From a virus (Duplodnaviria; Caudoviricetes), in the IMG/VR virus record IMGVR_UViG_3300033066_001625, positions 25,906 through 89,905 of that record: a stretch of DNA of 64,000 nt, one strand, 5' to 3'. Shown piece after piece: positions 59,144-64,000 of this stretch. How positions within the stretch are numbered: the stretch's first letter is position 1; every line of letters starts with the position of its first letter. A program made the translations under genes and the position numbers. The notes beneath the pieces are model-generated. The model had not been told where the DNA came from. It ran no database searches and worked only from the letters and a program-made list of their open reading frames with translations.

Positions 59144-59530
59144 ATGGCTAGACTAAAAATCGGTGATCGTATTATCTGTCGTCTTAGAGAAAAAACCGTC
59201 GTTAATCCCTACACCGCAGATTACGATGAGGAAATCTCACTCGATATCATAGCCGTAGATAACTTTGGGTATTACCTATATATTCCACCCTACACCTTCA
59301 TGAAAGGAAGTGTCAGGGTGGATTCTTTTTTGCTCAAACAACTATCGTTACACAAAAAATTTCTAGGCGACGATATCCTATACATTCGCGAGGGCTTTGT
59401 CTATAAAGTCAAGTCCGTCGTTGATGGCTGCTTCTGTGACAAGTGCAAAGACTTTTTCTACCAAGCTGCTCCAAATCAAGAAAATGGCGGACTCATATGT
59501 TGGTCTTGTCGTAACGACCCCTACAGATAA
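59144..59530 (+). CDS. hypothetical protein with C-terminal zinc ribbon
   Basis: CDKC and CWSC pairs. Confidence 0.65.
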   Translation: MARLKIGDRIICRLREKTVVNPYTADYDEEISLDIIAVDNFGYYLYIPPYTFMKGSVRVDSFLLKQLSLHKKFLGDDILYIREGFVYKVKSVVDGCFCDKCKDFFYQAAPNQENGGLICWSCRNDPYR

Positions 59531-59555
59531 CTATCGTTAATTCGATATTCATGTT

Positions 59556-60251
59556 ATGAAATCTTTTGCCTTTGACGATCTCGACAATCTATTAAATGGC
59601 GTTCTCCAAAGTCTACATGGCGGAGGTGCTATCGAGGAAGATGATCCCTATAAATTGCTTGAGAAATCTCCTAACGAGGAGCGCCAACCAACTGGCGGCT
59701 TCGGCAGCCAAGTATTAGCCAATGCCAAAGCTGATTTAGGCGTGCGCGAGGATTTGGGTAAAAATGATGGTAAAAGAATCAGAGAGTATTTCAAATACTT
59801 CAATATGGGCGGGGGACAAGATTGGTGTGCTGCGGCGGTGTCAGCTTGGATGAGGGAAGCGGGGGGCGGACCTATTCCTGGTGCTGTCGGAGCTAGAAAT
59901 ATTGCCGGACAATTTGCTCAAATAGGCAAATGGGTTTCAAAAGATAAGATTACCCCACAGGCTATGACACCAGGTAATATTGTGGTGTGGAGCCGTGGAG
60001 GTCCTGATTCTTGGAAGGGACATATAGGAGTATTAGAGTCATTCGATGGTCGCAATGGCTTTACTTCCATTGAAGCTAACTCTGGTCCACGCTCGGATGC
60101 GGTAGTTAGCAACAGTCATACCATCAATGACTCTAATTTTCTTGGGGTGGGGATTTTATCTGATTATGTTCCAGATAACTCTAAGAGAGCATCTGTAAGA
60201 AAAGTTGAAGGGCTGATTAAGATTTACTTAGAAAAATGCTTTGAATTTTAA
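59556..60251 (+). CDS. CHAP-domain peptidoglycan amidase/endopeptidase
   Basis: QDWCAAAVS (Cys), WKGHIG (His), IEANS. Confidence 0.82.
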   Translation: MKSFAFDDLDNLLNGVLQSLHGGGAIEEDDPYKLLEKSPNEERQPTGGFGSQVLANAKADLGVREDLGKNDGKRIREYFKYFNMGGGQDWCAAAVSAWMREAGGGPIPGAVGARNIAGQFAQIGKWVSKDKITPQAMTPGNIVVWSRGGPDSWKGHIGVLESFDGRNGFTSIEANSGPRSDAVVSNSHTINDSNFLGVGILSDYVPDNSKRASVRKVEGLIKIYLEKCFEF

Positions 60252-60575
60252 GACGTTGGTGATCATATCCAACATTTCTGGCAAGTTTTCTAATTCAGTA
60301 TTCTTGTAGTTATTATCAACTACCAATTTATTCTGTTGTTTATAGAATACAAATGGTCCAAGACCAATACTACTGTATTCTAATTCTATCATTTGCTCTT
60401 CTACGTATTTAACAATAGCAAGCGCGGCAAGTTTCTTATTGCCTGATATCTTGAGTATTGAGGCATCACTATCAGTTAGAACTTCATATTCTGGACCGTG
60501 AATTTTTATTTCACTTTTCGTTCTAAAACCATAGACACCCGGAATTGTTCCAGTCCAACCGGGAAAATTAGCCAT
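60228..60575 (-). CDS. small protein with C-terminal motif (...ITNVLKFKAFF*)
   Basis: ATG 60575 overlaps thyX stop; 3' end overlaps convergent CHAP gene by 24 nt. Confidence 0.6.
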   Translation of the reverse strand: MANFPGWTGTIPGVYGFRTKSEIKIHGPEYEVLTDSDASILKISGNKKLAALAIVKYVEEQMIELEYSSIGLGPFVFYKQQNKLVVDNNYKNTELENLPEMLDMITNVLKFKAFF

Positions 60576-61215
60576 TAATCTTATCCTTAGTCCAACCAAA
60601 AGCATTCAAAGACAAATCAAACTGACCCGTTTTGGATATCTCTTTTAACATTTGATGAGCTAATTCACGAATCTCTAACTGGGCATGTTCGGAATTTCTT
60701 AAACTCTGAAAATGCATAAAAGATCTGAAATTGAACATGACATCACACGTCAGTTGATTAGCATATGGCAAATAGAAACGAGCACTTTCTTTGGCGCGTT
60801 TTCTACTCATACCAGAATCAACCAATCTCTTAAGACAAGCGTGATACTTTTTTATGGATTCTTCCATGTGTTTGACTAAAAGTACCTGTTCATCTTGTGA
60901 CCAATCTTGTGGAATATAGAATTTATCGTCCTTCAGTTCTTTATATCTGGCGGATTCACCATTGATGGAGACTCCTATTCTATGCTTGAGCAATTGAATA
61001 TGAGTAGCGATATCTGTGGTAACTAGAAAATGCATGCTGGACTTTTCAAAAGGCGTATGATGACCTTCTGAACCCAGCATGTTTAATAGTTTATCCATTC
61101 TTTGTTTTTTCTCGTCGTTTATCTCTCTTGCTGTGGAAGTCCAGGCAGAAAGAGCATGCGTTTCATCAGATCCGTAAAAACCAACCAACTCTACTTTATT
61201 TGTATGATCTTTCAT
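60568..61215 (-). CDS. thyX: flavin-dependent thymidylate synthase
   Basis: H.TPFE, KHRIGVSINGESARY (RHRx7-8SxR), ESAR.YLP, NFRSFMHF..LR....AQ.EIR. Confidence 0.92.
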   Translation of the reverse strand: MKDHTNKVELVGFYGSDETHALSAWTSTAREINDEKKQRMDKLLNMLGSEGHHTPFEKSSMHFLVTTDIATHIQLLKHRIGVSINGESARYKELKDDKFYIPQDWSQDEQVLLVKHMEESIKKYHACLKRLVDSGMSRKRAKESARFYLPYANQLTCDVMFNFRSFMHFQSLRNSEHAQLEIRELAHQMLKEISKTGQFDLSLNAFGWTKDKING

Positions 61216-61249
61216 TTATTCCTCTATTGTCAAATGACATAGAAATTCC

Positions 61250-61420
61250 TTATCTAAATTTTCTCAAAACCTTGTCGTACAAAACACCCATTACAAAACC
61301 TACAATTAGGATAACTAAACCCCACCAATGATGATAGGCGTGAGCACGATAAATAGCATGAGTGCATACGGTGATAAAGAATACCCAAGCTGTCCATTGA
61401 AACCATTTAGATTTTCTCAT
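61250..61420 (-). CDS. 56-aa two-helix membrane protein not in the track
   Basis: Hand translation MRKSKWFQWTAWVFFITVCTHAIYRAHAYHHWWGLVILIVGFVMGVLYDKVLRKFR*; starts 2 nt after upstream stop. Confidence 0.6.
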   Translation of the reverse strand: MRKSKWFQWTAWVFFITVCTHAIYRAHAYHHWWGLVILIVGFVMGVLYDKVLRKFR

Positions 61421-61422
61421 AA

Positions 61423-62478
61423 TTACCTTAGGATTACATCATGTGCGTAGGACTCCTTTAATCCAGCACTAGTGATCCTAATAAATATGGGATTATCCTT
61501 CAATTTTTCAATACTATTAATGCCCTGATAAGAACATCCAGACTGAATTCCTTCTAGCATTTTGGTTATGATAACCTTGAAACTTCCCTTGGCTGGAACA
61601 ATAGCTGCCACACCTTCTATGTGATTTGCCTTATGGGTTGATGACCCAACATATTCTTTATACTTTCTGCCCTCAATGGTTAAAGTTTCTCCAGGAGTTT
61701 CTTCACAACCAGCAAACATATTACCAATCATAACCAAGTCGGCAAAGCACAGCGCCTTAACTATATCTCCGGTATTTTTGATACCACCATCTGAGATTAT
61801 AAGACATCTCTTATTTTCATTTATTGAACCACCAGTTCTTAAGAAATGAGACTCCACTTCTTCCTTAGCCTCTGCCGCTTCAATCAAGGCAGTTAATTGA
61901 GGGACTCCGTTGCCGGTTTCTATTCTAGTAGTACAAAGTGATCCTGGACCAACGCCTACTTTCACTATATCTGCTCCAGAATACCACAAATCGGCGGCGG
62001 CTCTCCCCGTTGCTACATTACCAGCAATCAATAAGACTGATGGATGATGATATTCTATGTACTCACACATTTTGAAACATAAATCTGAATCACCATGAGC
62101 AATATCTATACAAAGTATTTTCGCGCCAGCTTTAACTAACTCATCCACATTTCTTGTGTCTTCTGGCTTAACACCAACAGAAAATCCAATATAATCCCAA
62201 ACGTATTCATTGTAATTATGCTGCAATCTTTTCAAGATCGCAATTTGATCTTCTAAAGGCATAAATCTATGAAGGATCCCTAAACCACGAGAATTGTAGA
62301 TGGCTTCTGCCATTTCATAATCTATGATAGTTTTCATATTTGCTGGAATAATCGGATGACTGATGGTTCCGATTTTAGGAAGCGAAACCATAGTTGAAAC
62401 TAATGACCTACTTGTTATTTCCGAATGACGAGGCACCAATAATACGTCGTCAAACGTCAATCCCTCTTTAATCAGCAT
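61423..62478 (-). CDS. IMP dehydrogenase/GMP reductase family enzyme, CBS-less
   Basis: [35 protein letters not shown] (catalytic Cys), DGGI..GD..KAL; guaB vs guaC not resolved. Confidence 0.9.
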   Translation of the reverse strand: MLIKEGLTFDDVLLVPRHSEITSRSLVSTMVSLPKIGTISHPIIPANMKTIIDYEMAEAIYNSRGLGILHRFMPLEDQIAILKRLQHNYNEYVWDYIGFSVGVKPEDTRNVDELVKAGAKILCIDIAHGDSDLCFKMCEYIEYHHPSVLLIAGNVATGRAAADLWYSGADIVKVGVGPGSLCTTRIETGNGVPQLTALIEAAEAKEEVESHFLRTGGSINENKRCLIISDGGIKNTGDIVKALCFADLVMIGNMFAGCEETPGETLTIEGRKYKEYVGSSTHKANHIEGVAAIVPAKGSFKVIITKMLEGIQSGCSYQGINSIEKLKDNPIFIRITSAGLKESYAHDVILR

Positions 62479-62516
62479 TTATTTTCTCCATATTTGAGCA
62501 TACTAATAGCTTACAC

Positions 62517-62544
62517 ACTATAAATGTGCGGAAATAAATGTCAA
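62517..62544 (-). promoter_or_regulatory. sigma70-like promoter TTGACA-N16-TATAGT driving the minus-strand IMPDH-thyX operon
   Basis: Reverse complement of divergent intergenic region; GGAG SD before ATG 62478. Confidence 0.7.
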
Positions 62545-62575
62545 GCCCGCATATTAAAAATGATATGAGGAAATC

Positions 62576-63295
62576 ATGGACGCACAATCTTGGATAAATT
62601 CATTACCAGAAAATCCCTCCCCTGCCAGGGATCAGGCAGTTTTGGATGCTATCAATGGCGGACTTGTAGTATGTAATTGGGTTCCAGTTGTTTCAACTAT
62701 TAATGGGCACACTGCTACCTTTCAAGTTTGTGATGATGCTGCTCGCGTCGAACTGGAAGACGGTACAAGATTTAGATTTCAGGTTTCTGCTACTCTGGCT
62801 CAGAAATGCGCCGATCTAATGGATGCTTCCTTTGTTACTTCCAAAGTAAGTGACCTTGCCTATAAAGCCGCTGAAGTTGTCGTAGGAGTTACCACATTGC
62901 CTGCCGGACCAGACATGGTTACTACTTCCAAATCTAAACAATGGAATAAATCAGTTGAAAGTAAACGTGCCGGTAAAACCGGACTATTTCGTGATTGCGG
63001 AAAGGCTTGGATTTTAAGTAATCGTTTGACTACTTCCACTAGCGCCATTAATTATGGTTTCTATGACAAGTCCGCCCCTTACATTGGACCAGGTGGATTG
63101 AAGATGTGGCAAACTATAGGAACTAGACACGACAGATCACATACTGATTATAGTCAAACACTTATTCTTATGAGTAACACCTGTGAAGTAGATAGTCAAT
63201 CTATGAATGTCGTAGATGTTATGAAAAGTCCAACTTTAGCTCCGCTCCTAAGCTATGAAGGAGTATTACGTTTCACTCGTCAGCCTGGAGTATGA
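62576..63295 (+). CDS. unknown protein, paralogue A
   Basis: 239 aa; motifs shared with next ORF; GAGG SD. Confidence 0.7.
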   Translation: MDAQSWINSLPENPSPARDQAVLDAINGGLVVCNWVPVVSTINGHTATFQVCDDAARVELEDGTRFRFQVSATLAQKCADLMDASFVTSKVSDLAYKAAEVVVGVTTLPAGPDMVTTSKSKQWNKSVESKRAGKTGLFRDCGKAWILSNRLTTSTSAINYGFYDKSAPYIGPGGLKMWQTIGTRHDRSHTDYSQTLILMSNTCEVDSQSMNVVDVMKSPTLAPLLSYEGVLRFTRQPGV

Positions 63296-63299
63296 TTAA

Positions 63300-64000
63300 A
63301 TGAGTTTCAAAGATGAATTCATGAAACTGCCTCCTGGCGCCGCCAGAGAGGAATTAGTTTACCAAGCTGCTATTAAGCAAGGTCCGCCTAAAAACTTAGT
63401 CCCTGTAACCGTAGATGGTCCCGGAGGAACTAAGATAACCTATAAAACTATGGCAGACTATCTTATCATTGATGGTATTAGAGTGCCTATGACACCTATC
63501 ACAGCACAAAGAATTGCCAATCATTTTGGTATGGTATTGCCTACATCTAAAATGTCTAAACAGATTTATGATGCAGCTAAAACTAAAGTTAGAGCTGCTC
63601 CACTTTCTGGAACTGGATACACTAGTCCATTAGACGGAAAACATTATTCTGCTAGAGATGTAGTAAAGAATAGAATTAGCCAATCTGACGCCGCCGTATA
63701 TTACAGTAGTTTGACTGATCAAGAATTGGCTAAACATAAGAATCCTGGACTAATTGGCGGTCACGGTAAAGAAATAACTGAACCTGGTAAGGATGCTAGT
63801 ACACAAGATGTTAGCTTTGGAGGTTGGCAAGGATCTGCTGGAGATCCTTTGCAACCTTATACTTATGCTCATAGAGGTCAAGCCGGCGCACATACTGAAT
63901 ATGCGCTGAATGCTCGCTTTGTCGATGGTGATGTTATTGTTACTTTGCCAAATGGTAAAAAAGTTACTTCCACTATGGAGAAATTAAGAGCAAATCCTAA
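63300..64000 (+). CDS. 3'-truncated unknown protein, paralogue B (not in the track)
   Basis: Hand translation from ATG 63300 (MSFKDEFMKLPPGAAREELV...) stays open to window end; GGAG SD. Confidence 0.75.
   Translation, partial: MSFKDEFMKLPPGAAREELVYQAAIKQGPPKNLVPVTVDGPGGTKITYKTMADYLIIDGIRVPMTPITAQRIANHFGMVLPTSKMSKQIYDAAKTKVRAAPLSGTGYTSPLDGKHYSARDVVKNRISQSDAAVYYSSLTDQELAKHKNPGLIGGHGKEITEPGKDASTQDVSFGGWQGSAGDPLQPYTYAHRGQAGAHTEYALNARFVDGDVIVTLPNGKKVTSTMEKLRANP

Noticed and set aside
763-63048. Numerous 60-110-aa antisense or out-of-frame ORFs in the track
   Set aside because: They lie inside longer genes with recognisable motifs, lack SDs and look like shadow translations
1-64000. tRNA, rRNA, CRISPR array
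   Set aside because: Intergenic gaps are all 100 bp or less; no cloverleaf or regularly spaced repeat-spacer pattern seen
1-64000. Stop-codon recoding
   Set aside because: Standard code gives intact multi-kb ORFs; TAA, TGA and TAG all occur at coherent gene ends

Overview
AT-rich, gene-dense, mostly + strand segment of a very large (jumbo-type) contractile-tailed bacteriophage, standard genetic code. 1-21.3 kb: baseplate/tail-tip module (spike-like gene, gp25-like wedge, baseplate-J-like protein, 2378-aa wedge protein with LamG-like elements, 1332-aa fibre-like protein). 21.3-44.3 kb: sugar-modification, DNA repair, tubulin, replication (SF2 helicase, DnaC-like loader, DnaB), sigma factor, class II RNR, PIN-PhoH, methionine aminopeptidase, free-standing LAGLIDADG endonuclease and many small ORFs. 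44.3-54.8 kb: fibre/appendage block with three tandem ~545-aa paralogues. 54.8-64 kb: accessory enzymes, a short minus-strand operon (IMPDH/GMPR, thyX) and two unknown paralogues. No tRNA, rRNA or CRISPR array was seen. The most striking unexplained signal is a dispersed set of 8-10 otherwise dissimilar small proteins ending in the same amphipathic helix plus [LIVF]-[KR]-x-F-hydrophobic-COOH. Other signals are four TTGACA-N16-TAnnnT promoters, a recurrent intergenic TGATAT motif, DGY enrichment in virion proteins and split (insert-interrupted) dockerin/LamG domains. All family assignments come from motif recognition by eye, not database searches.
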